Below, piece after piece: positions 39,923 to 53,657 of a DNA stretch of 64,000 bases; the stretch's first letter is position 1; every line of letters starts with the position of its first letter. Position numbers and translations under genes: made by a program. Origin of the DNA: Octopus bimaculoides (lineage: Eukaryota). The stretch spans positions 77,870,389 through 77,934,388 of the forward strand of contig NC_068989.1 in the NCBI RefSeq assembly GCF_001194135.2, given 5' to 3'. Under the pieces are notes generated by a model. That model was not told the origin of the DNA. It made no database searches and was given only the letters and a program-made list of their open reading frames with translations.

Positions 39923-40019
39923 CATATATATATATATATATANNNNNNNNNNNNNNNNNNNNNNNNNNNNNNNNNNNNATATGTTCACACATATATGTAT
40001 ATACTTACATTAATACACA

Positions 40020-40350
40020 CATACATATATCATCATCATCATCATCACCATTGTCATCCTCCTCCTCCTCATCATCATCATCATTTAACACGTGTTGACC
40101 GGAGCTGATAAGTATGGGGTCGTAACAAAATGCATTCATTGTCTGTTTCGCCATACCTTCTACGGCTGAATGCCATTCTTAACAACATGAACAGGATCAG
40201 CAAGTAGGTTTCACGACAGAAACCCCTCAGCTGGATTGCCGGACGAGTATTGAAGGGGTGGCTTTTTCTCAGTTGAAGAGAGATAAAAGTTATACAGGGG
40301 CCGTGATATGTGTCTGGCTGTAGAATAGAGAAATGGATACCACAGATGGT
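40020..40350 (-). mobile_element. Degraded repeat with (GAT)n-type tail (probable RTE-mobilised SINE)
   Basis: catcatcatcatttaac.. start and ccttctacggctgaatgccattcttaac motif; classification is from recognition only. Confidence 0.4.
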
Positions 40351-40351
40351 A

Positions 40352-40665
40352 AGGGTTAGGGTTAGGGTTCGGCTCACGATCGTAAGGTCGTGGGTTCAAT
40401 CCTCGGCGATGTGTTGTGTCCTTGAGCAAGACACTTTATTTCTCGTTGCTCCAGTCCACTCAGCTGGCAAAAATGAGTAGTACCTGCATTTCAAAGGGCC
40501 AGCCTTGTCACACTCTGTGTCATACTGAATCTCCCTGAGAACTACTTTAAGGGTACACGTTTCTGTGGAATGCTCGGCCCCTTGCACATTAATTTAACGA
40601 GCAAACTGGTCTGTTGATCGTATCAGCTGGGACCCTCGTCGTCGTAACCGACGGAGTGCTCCTTT
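40352..40665 (+). mobile_element. tRNA-derived SINE (family F)
   Basis: B box gggttcaatcc, central gtgtccttgagcaagacact..gctccagtccactcagctgg, 3' tail ttcaaagggccagccttgtcacac...gacggagtgc. Confidence 0.9.
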
Positions 40666-40674
40666 TCCCTATAT

Positions 40675-40745
<71 letters not shown>

Positions 40746-41219
40746 GCGTTTTGGAGTGTGAATGGTATGTATGTGTTCATGCGTGTATCTGCGTATATAA
40801 TGTGTATCTTGTCAGCATATTTTGAATATTACCTTTGGTTGAATATTTTTCTATCGAATGCTATTAATGTCCGTGAAATTACTGCATTCTGTGTAACATA
40901 AGTAAGTGTAGCCGAAGTGATTCTTTGTTTTAGAATCTCGACTGGAAATAAAAGGAAAGAAAAATAAACTGAAATGAGATGAAATGAATTTCTATCCTTT
41001 CAATTTCCGTTGCCTTGAAAAATACGAGTGATACAGTACATCATAATGTGTAAGCAGTACCATTTTCCACATCGAATAAAGCCAATTCTCGGTAGAATAT
41101 ATGCGTATATACATAGATACACAGACGTACACACGCACACACACATACATGTATATCCATGTATAACTACACATATATATATGTGAGTGTGTGTGTGTAT
41201 GTGTGTGTCTGTGTCTGTT

Positions 41220-41221
<2 letters not shown>

Positions 41222-41306
<85 letters not shown>
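41222..41306. repeat. (GT)n microsatellite
   Basis: Direct reading. Confidence 0.95.
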
Positions 41307-41313
<7 letters not shown>

Positions 41314-41487
41314 TGTACATACTTATGTACATATATACATAGGTGCGAGCTTGCATATATACATTACCAAAATCACCGATATGGCGTTGCGAGTAAATTA
41401 TGTAATTTCAGCAAAACATTGATTAATCCGATTAAGTAAACACGGCTGTGCTTCATAAAAGTTGCAATATCAAATGGTTTCTGCATC

Positions 41488-41549
<62 letters not shown>

Positions 41550-41597
41550 TAGTATTATTGTTGTTTTTGTTTTTTGTTGCTGTAGTTGCTATTATTG

Positions 41598-42110
41598 ACT
41601 TTTGATCTGCATATTTGTTACAATCACGCACCGAGGCACACCTGGCGTGCTGGGGCGAGTGAAGGATAATCGATGTTACAGCATAACTGAAAGCTTGGGG
41701 AGGTCCAGCGGCAGGGGCAGTAGCGAAATATTTTCATGCAATACAACACAAACATGTAGACTGAAAGGGCTTTTTAAAGGATGTGGTCAGTACTTTTAGG
41801 CAGAATCTTTTGGATTCCTCTGAGACATGGCTCTCCTGGGATATTGTGTAGCTGTTTCTTATATCCCTTTCTTATCATACATAGGGTACTCACAATAAAA
41901 AGAACAGTTCTGACTTTAACATACCACATTTTTGTATTTCAATTTTCTGTTCCTTATATTTACTTAATTTGTCAAATTCCTTTACAAATATATTTTTCTC
42001 AGTGGGAACACTTACATCTGTTAGTCTATAATTATTTCCTTCTGTGTTTTTAATGACTATGTCTGATCGATCGGCCTGAATCATTCTGTCGGTGTTGACT
42101 GGAAAATTAT
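41598..42110 (-). mobile_element. 5'-truncated R4/Dong-type element (RLE and 3' UTR)
   Basis: FPVNTDRMIQADRSDIVIKNTEGNNYRLTDVSVPTEKNIFVKEFDKLSKYKEQKIEIQK..IPGEPCLRGIQKILPKSTDHIL. The 3' end runs into an AAC/AAT-degenerate stretch and then pure (AAT)n at 41546-41488. Confidence 0.9.
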
Positions 42111-43255
42111 TATAATTATCATTTAAGACGTCGCACAGTATCAAATATCGTAATGTTGTTGATTGAAGATATTGGGCCTGCTAGGTGTGTGTACTGTCAG
42201 TCAAGCCACAACAAGGATCTCACACACAAAGTACTTAACGCAATATGTTTTCAGTTCCAAGTAATGCCGATTCTTGCGATACACCTAGATTGTAGGGTAT
42301 TTCTAAAGTTTCCAGATGGTTTTTTTTGGGAGGGGGGGTCACTTTGGGTGATATTGAAGCCAATGCTCCGATGACAACATGTATAACCTTCGTATTTGAC
42401 GCTCGTGGCTGCCACATCTTACCGATATCAGCTATTCCACACACATATCGGGTGTTAAAAAAATCCACGAATGTGCCAACATACCGTAAGCCTTTTTAAA
42501 GTCTAACCAGGTCATGCACAAGTATTTTTCGTGCCGTTTACAGTTCTTCACTAAAACTTTGTCTCTCACACTGTGGTTCTTAGTGCTCTTGGATCCTTTT
42601 TGACACCCTTTTGTTCTACTGAAAGTAGATTGTTTTCTGCAAGGAACATGTATATTTTCCCTGTGAAGATGTCTGTTAATATCCTACATAACACGTAAAT
42701 ACACGCAAAGTGTCGATAATTGCAAACTTCATTCACCTTTGACTGATTTTTCATCAACAATGTTACTTTTTCCTCCACCATCCACTCCGAAACTGCACCA
42801 CTCCGTACGCAATTGTCTAATTGCAACGAATTCGCTTGTGTGTTGACCTAAACCCCTTGAGCCAGTAGTCTTGAATTCCGTCCGGTCCTGCAGCTTTCCA
42901 GTTTGGCAATTTTGATACCTGTGCAATTACATCTTCTGTCGTTATGAGCACATGGTCCTGTCGTGGAACCACCGGGTGATGGAGTTCCGATCTCATGGAA
43001 CGAATCCACTTCTAGTTATTCCAAAATCGGCGGGTTTTCTCTGCTTCGGGAGGTATATTATATTATCTTTTGTATCGCCTCCTAAGCTCTGAATAAATTG
43101 AAGCGGATCTGACCAAATCTCTTGTTTCCGATAGATCTTTTATTAGACTGTATTTAATAATCTCATCTAACTTTTGGGTCGTGCGTTTTACATTGTTACG
43201 GTCGAAGCTTCCCAAATTCACCGGTTTGGTCTCTGTTCTTGTAACTATTATATCC
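42111..43255 (-). mobile_element. Internally deleted R4/Dong-type element (N-terminal region and RT domains 0-2 joined to RLE C-terminus)
   Basis: PPEAEKTRRFW..KLPNWKAAGPDGIQDYWLKGFRSTH..WMVEEKVTLLMKNQSK..NYRHFAC..LLSVEQKG; then VIHVVIGALASI..ESALLGTENILRKVL; the 3' UTR ends in tgataattataataat. Confidence 0.85.
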
Positions 43256-43257
43256 TC

Positions 43258-43490
43258 TTGGGTGGCGAGCTGGCAGATTCGTAAGAATGTCGGACAAAAT
43301 GCTTTGCAGTGTTTCGTCCGTCTTTACGTTCTGAGTTCAAATTCTGTCAAGGTCGACTTTACCTTTCATTCTTTCGGGGTCGATTAAATAAATACCAATT
43401 ACGCACTGAGGTCAATGTAATCGACTTCATCCCTTTCTCCTTGTTTGTATCTTCTACGTTTAGACCCCTGTGGGTCATAAAGAAATAAAT
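43258..43490 (+). mobile_element. tRNA-derived SINE (family A, variant tail) inserted antisense to the R4/Dong element
   Basis: ggtggcgagctggcagattcg...ttctgagttcaaattc...cctttcattctttcggggtcgattaaataaatacc; tail ttgtttgt..gtttagacccctgtgggtcataaagaaat. Confidence 0.88.
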
Positions 43491-43704
43491 ATTTTGAGCA
43501 GAAAAAGGACTACGACTGGATGGAGTCCAGTCTTCCACTCCGTTGAACTCTGAGGGGCCCCTGACGCGAGCGGGAGATCTGATATCTTGGACATAAACTG
43601 GAGTTTTCTCATGCGTGCTTTTATTTGGATATGGAATTGCTGCCATCATTGCAAAGCATGAGAATGATTCTTTACAGGGCTTGTTCCCCAGGTGTCTTTA
43701 TTTG

Positions 43705-43862
<158 letters not shown>

Positions 43863-46020
43863 AGAAGTTGTAGTAGCAGTAGTAGAGGTGGTGGTGGTAG
43901 TAATGATAGGAACAGTAATGATAATGATAAATCTTAATGAATATATATATATATATATACATGCATACACACACACGCATACATGTAATATATATATATA
44001 TGAGCGCCGGCAAAAGGAGGTTCTCAAGTCTCGATCAGACGGCCAACTTGGAATCTTCAAAACATAAATAATTCTTTCCATGCCACTTAAAAGTAAAATG
44101 TAATGTAACCTCAATTCTGCGTCTTACAATTCCATAAGTTCTGTTTCTTTATAAATGATTTATTAAACTCACCAGTTTCCAGCGTTTTCCTGTTTGTTAG
44201 AAGTTGTAGACGTAGGTGAATATTTATTACTGAACGCGTCTATACAGTGAAGTGAAAATTATAGTATTGCTTTCTTTAGTAATATCGTCTGCCGTTTGCG
44301 AGTCAGCTGATTGCTATATATTCATTTATTACCAGTAGACTGAAATTGCATATCCTTGCATAATTAGGAAATAAATTTTGTGTGTATTTTGAAAGTATAT
44401 GCAGTTTCCATCCATCTGATGTTTACATAATTAAAAATTTTTTAAGACAGAAAATATGAAATCGTCGCAGTTTCCATGATGAGTGTACATAAAATTAAGT
44501 TCAAGGCATCGGAAGGTTGCACTTTACTACGTTTCTTATAAATGTGTTCCATTCGATGAAGTATTTTTAAACAAGCATCAACTGCAATAAATGTGTGTGT
44601 ATGTGCGCGTGTATATCTGTGCATGTGTAGCTTGTTTGCCGAGCTACTATACATTTTATAATCTTTGACCCTTAATTCATATATTATTAGGTATATGACA
44701 GAGCATACCCGTAAACAATGACACTGTTGAAGCAACTGGCGAATGAGATTTTGCGCTTGTATGGCTATATATAAACAAAAATTCAACGCACGAAACAATG
44801 TTCAACGTATCTAAAGCATGATGTTTTCTATGTATTTTTCTGACGACAGTATTTCTCTCATGACCAAATGTCGTCAAAATGCCGGATACCGTTGTAAGTA
44901 AAATAAAGAAGATCGATCAACTTCATTCTTACACAAATCTAAGTTCGATAAATTTCATTAAAATATAACAAATATGTTTATTTACAAATGTAGAAAGTCA
45001 GACACATAACAGCAAAAAGTTGTTTTTACTCAAAGTTGTTTTCCCCGAATGAAAGAATCGTTCATATTTACAAAGGGCAATGTGAAACTACTGAGCAAAA
45101 TAAATTAAAAAACTGACACAACATACGGCACTAAATCGTTAAAGTGTTAAATATTCGTGCACATGTGTTGAAAGGGGTTCTGAATTTGTAGTGGTTGCTC
45201 CGATGCAAAAAAACAGCTACATTAAAATGCTGACTGACCCATTCCAGCAGGCCTAATAAATAAAGCACCGATAAATAATGATACACAAGACAGTTAGCGG
45301 TTTTCACTATGAAAGTCAAAAAGAAGTAGTAGGTAAAATGGTGTCAGTTTACTCATGTTATAAACTTGTTACTTCAAAAGGAAGAAAAGCCCATGAAATG
45401 AAACTTGCATAAATTGCCTTCGATTTGATCCAATGTTAGAATGTTTAAATTTTCTGCAAGCATGGAAGTCATTTGTTTTTTTGTGATCAACAGCTGTTTG
45501 GTCATTTGCCAGATAAATACAATTTGGAGTGAGCCAACTCCTTACGACAGTAATGATGACATTGCCCCATTTGCTATAAACACACTAGTTAAAACTACTA
45601 GGTAATTGCTATCGCTATGTGCTCCAAACTGCTATATCGTTATGTAACATACAGGATGATGTGCGAAAACATTGGCAGGGTCACATCGCCAAATGATAAT
45701 TGCCGTATGAACTTCCAGAAAATATTCATACACATAATCAGGAAACATTGTTGTGTCAAAAATAGACATCTTCTTGTCTACAGCCAAACGCATGTGAACT
45801 AAACAGAATTTACAGGGTAAATAACATCGGTGAAGCTATTCAGCGGCACAAGACAAGCAGTTAAGAAGCTTACGCGATATGTCAAGAAGATCAACGTAAC
45901 TAAATTCATGTACGAAAGAATATGGTGCAAGTATAATGAAAATTCACCTCATAAATATTTATACCCTTTTGGTATAGAAAACTTCAGCTTCTAGCATTTG
46001 TAGACTGTACTCCACCAATT

Positions 46021-46402
46021 GGAGGCGCAATGGCCCAGTGGTTAGGGCAGCGGACTCGCGGTCATATGATTGCGGTTTCGATTCCCAGACCGGGCGTTGT
46101 GAGTGTTTATTGAGCGAAAGCACCTAAAGCTCCACGAGGTTCCGGTAGGGGATGGTGGCGAACCCTGCTGCACTCTTCCACCACAACTTTCTCTCACTCT
46201 TTCTTCCTGTTTCTGTTGTGCCAGTAATTCAAAGGGTCAGCCTTGTCACACTGTGTCAAACTGAATATCCCCGAGAACTACGTTAAGGGTACACGTGTCT
46301 GTGGAGTGCTCATCCACTTGCACGTTAATTTCACGAGCAGGCTGTTCCGTTGATCGGATCAACTGGAACCCTCGACGTCGTAAGCGACGGAGTGCTAACA
46401 AC
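46021..46402 (+). mobile_element. tRNA-derived SINE (family F2), full length; shares its 3' tail with family F
   Basis: A box tggcccagtgg, B box ggtttcgattcc, distinct central region; tail 46229-46395 is collinear with 40491-40659. Confidence 0.92.
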
Positions 46403-47357
46403 CAGAATAACTTGCAATTAATAAGTCCACAGTTCACTCATTGTTATTTGTGATTGCTCATCATGAGTAACCCTACTTTGCTCATGACCAATTGTTTCCT
46501 GAAATGTTGTTGAGGACACCAATAACATCTATATATATATACTTTCTCTTTGCAAAACCAAACATCTAATCTCTTGAGGTGCTGATATGACACCACTTAG
46601 AATAGCCAAGAATTAATATCATATAAGCTGTAGTTTATTGCAAATCTTAATAGGATTAACTTATCATTGTATATATTGTGGTTGTCATATATTGATTTAT
46701 GGGTCTTCTCTGGAGCGACTGGTCTCCAAATGCTGTAACAATGCGGTTTACCTGTATGTATCAGATTTCTGTTACTCTACTAATGTTCCTGTTTATATTA
46801 GAATTTACAGGTTTACACACATATACACAAACGCATATACATACATATACATATATATACACACATATACTGCTCCATATATATATATATATATATATAN
46901 NNNNNNNNNNNNNNNNNNNNNNNNNNNNNNNNNNNNNNNNNNNNNNNNNNNNNNNNNNNNNNNNNNNNNNNNNNNNNNNNNNNNNNNNNNNNNNNNNNNN
47001 NNNNNNNNNNNNNNNNNNNNNNNNNNNNNNNNNNNNNNNNNNNNNNNNNNNNNNNNNNNNNNNNNNNNNNNNNNNNNNNNNNNNNNNNNNNNNNNNNNNN
47101 NNNNNNNNNNNNNNNNNNNNNNNNNNNNNNNNNNNNNNNNNNNNNNNNNNNNNNNNNNNNNNNNNNNNNNNNNNNNNNNNNNNNNNNNNNNNNNNNNNNN
47201 NNNNNNNNNNNNNNNNNNNNNNNNNNNNNNNNNNNNNNNNNNNNNNNNNNNNNNNNNNNNNNNNNNNNNNNNNNNNNNNNNNNNNNNNNNNNNNNNNNNN
47301 NNNNNNNNNNNNNNNNNNNNNNNNNNNNNNNNNNNNNNNNNNNNNNNNNNNNNNNNG

Positions 47358-47610
47358 TATATTACTGCATACCTCTCCCGCCTTCTCTCCAGGGAGTAGA
47401 GTCTTAGCTGTTTCATCCTTTCCCAGTAGCTGGGCAGTTGCAAAGAGACAATCTTCTTTGTGAATCTCCTCTGGATTGCTTCAAGATCTGCTGTTAATTT
47501 CACACTGCTGGGTGACCACAGCTGTGAGCAGTAATCCAGGCGGCTGAGGACGAATGTCCTCCAGAGGATCATCATGGTTTCCTTATCTCTGGTTCTGAAT
47601 GTTCTCAGGA
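47358..47610 (-). mobile_element. CR1-group LINE fragment (post-RT region)
   Basis: ILRTFRTRDKETMMILWRTFVLSRLDYCSQLWSPSSVKLTADLEAIQRRFTKKIVSLQLPSYWERMKQLRLYSLERRRERYAVIY; open frame bounded by a gap and (TA)n. Confidence 0.92.
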
Positions 47611-49637
47611 TATATATATGTATGCATGTATATTTATATATATATATATATATAAATGTACATGTGCATACATATATATATATACATATGGATATATATT
47701 TATAATTACATATATATATATTTATATATGTATATATATATATGTATATATACATACACTCACACGTGTGTGTGTGTGTGTGTCTGTGTGCGTACGCGCG
47801 CGTGTGCATTTATTTAATACTGTTTATTTAATTAATATGTAAGAAACATATCATGTATAGATTTTATTTTTGGAAATATTATTGAGCACATATCTGAAGC
47901 ATAATGTATTAGACATCGGAATAGTGGAAACTTTTGCGCATTTACTTTTCTTTGTTGGAAGACAGATTTCTAAAGGAAATGCAATACTTCCCACATTAAC
48001 TTGATATGCATTTACTATGATATAATCTAGGTGGTAGCTATTTTTGCCTCCAAGACAATATATTCATTCATGAAGTTGTTATTCACAGTAAACCAAGCTT
48101 CAATACCCCACAAAATGGAAACCAGCACAAAAAATCAGTTTTTGAATCGAATGCTTCGGTCGCCACAGTTTCCTGTTCTCAATTCATTAAACTTAAAATA
48201 ATTTTCCTGCAAAATCAGTTTCTTGTTTATGTTGGGAATTTTTCTATGTTGCAACAAGGAACGAATAGATCTATTATTTACTTATGACCCACCCTGACCA
48301 TTCCATATATATCTTTTTTCTTTCATCAAAGACATTGACATTTGTAATCGTGTAGGTGTGCGTTGGGAGGTGATTTGCTACAACGTCTAGCAAATCGATG
48401 GATTGTGTACAGCTTCTCTCGTCGGCCCGGCTCTATTTACTCAACATTTTGTCTCACTTCTAATCTAGTTCGATTTACATACATGTCATACGTAGGCGGT
48501 AATCAAAACATATTGAAAGTAAGATGAATTGATTAAGACGATCCCATATAAATATTTTTAACTCCAACATTAACTGGAGAAATATATATCGGGCATATTT
48601 CCTATATCAATTTTTAATTTAAGCTATAACGTAAGCTCCTTAGTTGTGAGACAAAACTAGTCACTCGAGTTCACCCCTTCAAATACTTGGTTTCAGATAT
48701 AAAATGACGATTGATATTGGATTGGTGAACACGAAAACTAATCAATGAATGTTAAATTTCTTTGCGATCAATACTGAAATTTTGACTCAAACAATTTTCA
48801 AATGCATGATTCCGTTTAAGATTTCATCCTGTATTATATTTTTCTTTCAAAATACATTGCTTAAAAAATCCACCCTCACCTCTCATTTAATTATTTATGA
48901 TTGAATATTGATCACACTGACTGAATTGAAAGAGAAAATTGAGTGACTAGGAGATAAGTAAGCATCATAAATCATCTCATTCACTAAGGAATCAAGATGA
49001 AAATATATGTCACCATCTCAAGCGTCTCATCTATCTTTGTGTTGAATTACAGAAACCTAGAGAAAATACATTTGTAGTTAATTTCAGAAATGAAATCAAA
49101 ATGTAAAAAGGAAATCGTCATCTGTCTTACATGGTAAATGAATATGGATGTCTAAATTGTTTATGATGGACATTTTTGATCATAGATATATTTTATTAAT
49201 TTAGTTTGGCTTTTTACAACCTTAATCAATTTATAATATATACATGTGAGTGTAAGACGAAGCAATAGTGAGTATATGCGTGTGTAACTACAGAGCTAGC
49301 CTCATAGATATGTATCTATGTATGTATCTATGTATATATGGAACTATTATTTGATTTCTTGTAATCTAATTTATTTTAGTATTTCTCCTGATGGCCAATG
49401 AGAAGTGAGGCTAACTCATTTCCAAACTTTTTCCTTTTCGTTACAAATGCGCACTATTAACCATCTATCACTCCTTTCTTTAGCACTTTCCTTCATCACT
49501 TCCTTCTGCCATACAATTATTTATATATGATACTCTTAATATTGAATCTATTTCCGCTTTCGGTTACACCAGTTTCATCATAAGCCGCCTTCAAGTCTCT
49601 TCTCTCTTCTTTCACTAAAATATATATAATTTTCAAC

Positions 49638-50620
49638 TATCAGGTTGAGTGAAAAGTAAGCAACGTTTTGAACCAGGAAGAATTTATACAGGGTTTTTTC
49701 AGAGTTTTGATTTTTTTTTAATATTTTTTTTTTGCAAATGTCTGATAATACACGCAAAGACCTGCCCAAATGCATCAATACATTAACATTGATATTTCGT
49801 TCACCGTTGTTGCAATCATCTGAAATGGAAATGTCAAAGTGCGATATTCGAGCAATTTTGCTATTCAACTTCACAAAAGGACGTAAAGCAGCTGAAACTG
49901 CGCGCGACATCAACGAAAGGTTTGGTGAGGAAATGACCAATGTGTGGTCGGCTCGAAAATGGCTTAAACGATTCCGCAGTGGAGAACTGAGCCTTGAAGA
50001 TCATAAGCATAGTGGACGCCCATCTGTCATAGATGACGGTCAATTAAATACTGCCATTGAGAACTGCCTGCAACCAAAATCAAAGCAGCTTGACAAATGG
50101 ATATCACACAATTTGAAGGAAAACCAAAAAAATGTGCAGATATGAAATTCGCTCGTCGCTACTTCTCCGTAATCAGACCGATCCATTTCTCGACCGTATT
50201 GTAACTTGCAATGAAACAATGAGTCTGTGCAATATAAAAAACATTCTTCGCAGTGATTGAACCAAAATAAAGCACCGAAAACACTTCCACAAATCTGCGC
50301 TCTTTAAAATGACGGTGGTATACTACTGGACTCATACACTATAACTTCTTAAAACCCGGAAAAGCCATTACTACAGAAACATATTGCGATGAAATTGCCA
50401 AAATGAACGAAGACCTGGTACTCCTCCATCTCAGATTGGTCAACAGAAGTGAGCCAATCATTCCATGACAATGCCCGACCATATGTTTCACTTTTGACGC
50501 TCCGGAAGTTGAGGGAACTTGGCTACGAAGTTTCCTGCGATGACTTCCAGACAGAGGAGTTCAAAAATCAAACCGATGCTGATGGTGCGTTGAAAGAGTG
50601 GACGTTATATCGATCCGAAC
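49638..50620 (+). mobile_element. Mariner transposon fossil with left TIR
   Basis: TA + tcaggttgagtgaaaagtaagcaacgtttt (mariner-like TIR, 49640-49669). Transposase from ATG 49825: MEMSKCDIRAILLFNFTKGRKAAETARDINERFGE..RFRSGELSLED..SGRPS; WISHNL (WVPHEL-like), PFLDRIVTCNE, FHDNARP. YSPDL region and right TIR not found; frameshifts and stops. Confidence 0.9.
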
Positions 50621-51074
50621 TTTTGAGTATAATAATAGAGTACGACTTGAGGTCATACAGTACCAGCTAGTACGTTTCTATCGATGACTTCGGTATATAA
50701 CAATATCCCCTAGAACTACAAGCGTTGTCATAAGACAGAAACAACAGTGGCAAAAGACCGCTTTACAACAGTATTTATGTATGTATATGTGCAGATTTGT
50801 ATGCCGCGTTTTATGTATGTTTTCTCATGCATATAGTTGCATATCTAGACATGCTCATATATATTCAAATGATAAACTTCTGGAAAGTTTCACGCATTTT
50901 TACAATTCCAGTGATGGGTTGGATCTGTAGTGTTCGAATTAACTCCCTCCTTTCTGGTTTTGATAAGCCTAATTTCTTAAGATTGGTATTTAGGAAGTGT
51001 GTTACATATTTCATGCACGTATGTATGCATGCTTTCTCTCGTTTTTAAAATTTAAAGTACATTTTGACCGGCCA

Positions 51075-51720
51075 CAGACTTGGCGATAAGGTTGTGATGG
51101 AAAGTGTCTTGAATTAACCAACATCCTTTGAATCTTAAAGTTTGGCAGCTTTTCATATTCCTCGATATCGTGATCATTTGTAGCATATGAATTAAGGCTT
51201 TGCATTCTCCCCCCAAGATTCCAAGTTCAGTCATACTTTGTTCCAGACGGATTGCTATATATCCTGTTGCTCCAATAATAATGGGTATGAGACTGAAAAA
51301 TGTATTTGCGATCTGCTCATGAATGGTCTATAGTCATCCGCTTTTTTTTCAGTTTTCCGTCCAAATTAGTGTCCAGTGAGCTGTTAATTTCCCAAACTGA
51401 ACATATCTTTTCTTTGTGGTCCTACATTACAATATCTGACCGCTTGTATCTTAACTTTGTTGGCTCTTTTGATTTTCAAGTTCGACCAGTATGGTCATCT
51501 TCGTTTTGGGGTATTCTCTTTTTTGCTATACTGTTCCACACCGTCCTGGCCAGCGTCTTATGCCTCATAGAAAGATAAAATCTGGAAGACATTCTCACAC
51601 ATTTTGCTATAATGTGGTTGATGTATTTAGTCTTAGCCTTCCACAGACAATATTTGTTGTCTCTTGTATTGTTTTGTGCCTGTTTAAATTTAACTTTTAC
51701 GAACAGTCATCAAAAGCAAG
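51075..51720 (-). mobile_element. RLE-type non-LTR retrotransposon 3' end (distinct subfamily)
   Basis: ..KAKTKYINHIIAKCVRMSSRFYLSMRHKTLARTVW; KLRYKRSDIVM*DHKEKICSVWEI; PIIIGATGYI; ALIHMLQMITIS..KSCQTL. Confidence 0.75.
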
Positions 51721-52844
51721 AGAAAGATTGTTACCTCAGAAGAAATTCATGATAATATGAAGAGGCATCTTGACGAGGAAAACAGTACGATTGTTACTCG
51801 TAATGTACTTCAGGATTTTGCTCGATATTCGCATACTGTCTTTGTCTCTGATGTAAGCACTTACGAAGTATTTAAAATGTTTTCTATGTTTGAATGTGAA
51901 ACCAGCAAACAACACCAGTTCTATTTCTGGTTAGCAAATACAAATCATATTCGAAAATTGAATTGCGAATAAGCACTATTATATAACGATGCGAAATACA
52001 ATTGGCGTTATATATTGGCTTTCCGTTCAATTATATCATTGTAGAAACCTATATATCATGTATGACATTCATTCAGCAAACACACGAATATATTTGCAGC
52101 AAGTAACAATTCAAAAGCAACAATGATTTTTGGGTATGCTTGATGTATGCCTTCGTAGGTATCTAGTGCAATAAATATAATATTACAAATTGCTTGAAGA
52201 TGAGAGTTTTCAAGTAATACTTATAAAAACTTGCTTTTGGCTTGCGTAACCTCTGTTAGAATTGGGTACATTTAGGATTGTATTGGAATTTTACGAAAAT
52301 AGTAATGATTATTTTTATTTTCATTTCGTGTTCTTTGAAGCTTTATTGTTATTATCTTATTATTCTTGTTTATATGTCTTTATTTATTTTATACGAATGT
52401 TGTGTCTGTAATATAGTTACTGTTGATGATGTAACTTTATTATTATAGATAGGAAACATGCAATGTGAATTCAGGAAAACAACGAATATCAAAATAAAAT
52501 AACAAAAGCAAAGTTAATCACGGTTCTTGCAGTGAGCAAATGAGTGAGAATCAGATGTAGGCAAAAGCAAAAATACAGAAAGAAATTATTTCCGTATTGA
52601 GGAAAATATGTAGTAAAAATATATATACAAGATCACATACAGTTAAACGCTTTGAAGCTTCCGTTTTGTCTGCATAGTCTATTCGTGTATATGTTCATCG
52701 AATACACTCTGCACCATTGTACAATAATTATCTTTTATTTTAACATCATATAACAGATTACAGAAAGTTTAATATTTCTCGTAAAATATTTCCTGTTTCA
52801 AGTAGGCAGGAATAACGGTGTAACCTCAATATTACTTCAGTCCT

Positions 52845-53062
52845 AAGGCTGTGAGCACGCAAAATCGATAGCATGCCAGGCGAAAAGTTTAGTGACATTT
52901 TGTTACTCTTTACGTTCAGAGTTCAAATTCCGCTGATGTCGACTTTGCCTTTCATCCTTCGTGGGTCGATAAAGTAAGTGCCAGTTGAGTGGAGAGATCA
53001 ATAGAATTGACTTACCTCCTCCAATGATATTGCTGGCCTTGAGCCAAGCTTTGAAATGACTA
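52845..53062 (+). mobile_element. tRNA-derived SINE (family A)
   Basis: aaggctgtgagc..aaaatcgatagcatgccaggcgaaa...gagttcaaattccgctgatgtcgactttgcctttcatcc...tgctggccttgagcc. Confidence 0.85.
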
Positions 53063-53304
53063 TTTCAATCTTACGTACTTAAGTAGGAACATGCCGATAT
53101 ATGTGTGTGTGTTTGTCTCTGTATGTATGTAAGCGTGTATGTATACATGTATATATGTATTGATGTAAGTATGTGTGTTAGTGATATTGGTGTAATAAAA
53201 CTCACTAGACATATTTGAAGCACCAGACTTTCCATAAAGAATCTTGCGAACCAAATACAAAAACATTGTATAAATAATCTATTACCAGTGGTTCGGATGT
53301 GTAA

Positions 53305-53657
53305 TAAAAGTCGTAAGACGTAAAATATTTGTTTATTAGATTGTATAAATAAACAAAGAGAAGACCATCGATAGGACTTCTTCGATGCTAGAAAGAATAG
53401 TAGTAACCCAAACCACGAAAAATTCTTAAGGAGCGTTGCTTAATAAAAATACAGTAAATTTTAAAATCATGAGTTTTGGTATTAATGGCCAAATAAATCA
53501 ATTAATGAATTGATCCAATAGCACCATGCCTTAAAAATATTTTCGTGGTTTCGGTTCTGACTGCTCTTTCTAGCACGTAAGAAGTCCTATCGATGGTCTT
53601 CTTTTTGCGTATTTATACAATCTTATAAACAAATATTTTCCGTCTTATGACCTTTTA
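53305..53657. repeat. Foldback: about 127-bp inverted arms with a 97-bp spacer; third copy at 53894-54088
   Basis: 53305-53431 is the reverse complement of 53529-53657 (shared gaagaccatcgataggacttctt, aaatatttgtttat, aaccacgaaaa). 53894-54088 is a more diverged reverse complement of about 53345-53516. Confidence 0.85.

Noticed and set aside
46021-46100. Apparent tRNA gene
   Set aside because: It has A and B boxes but no complete cloverleaf or Pol III terminator, and runs on into a SINE body and tail.
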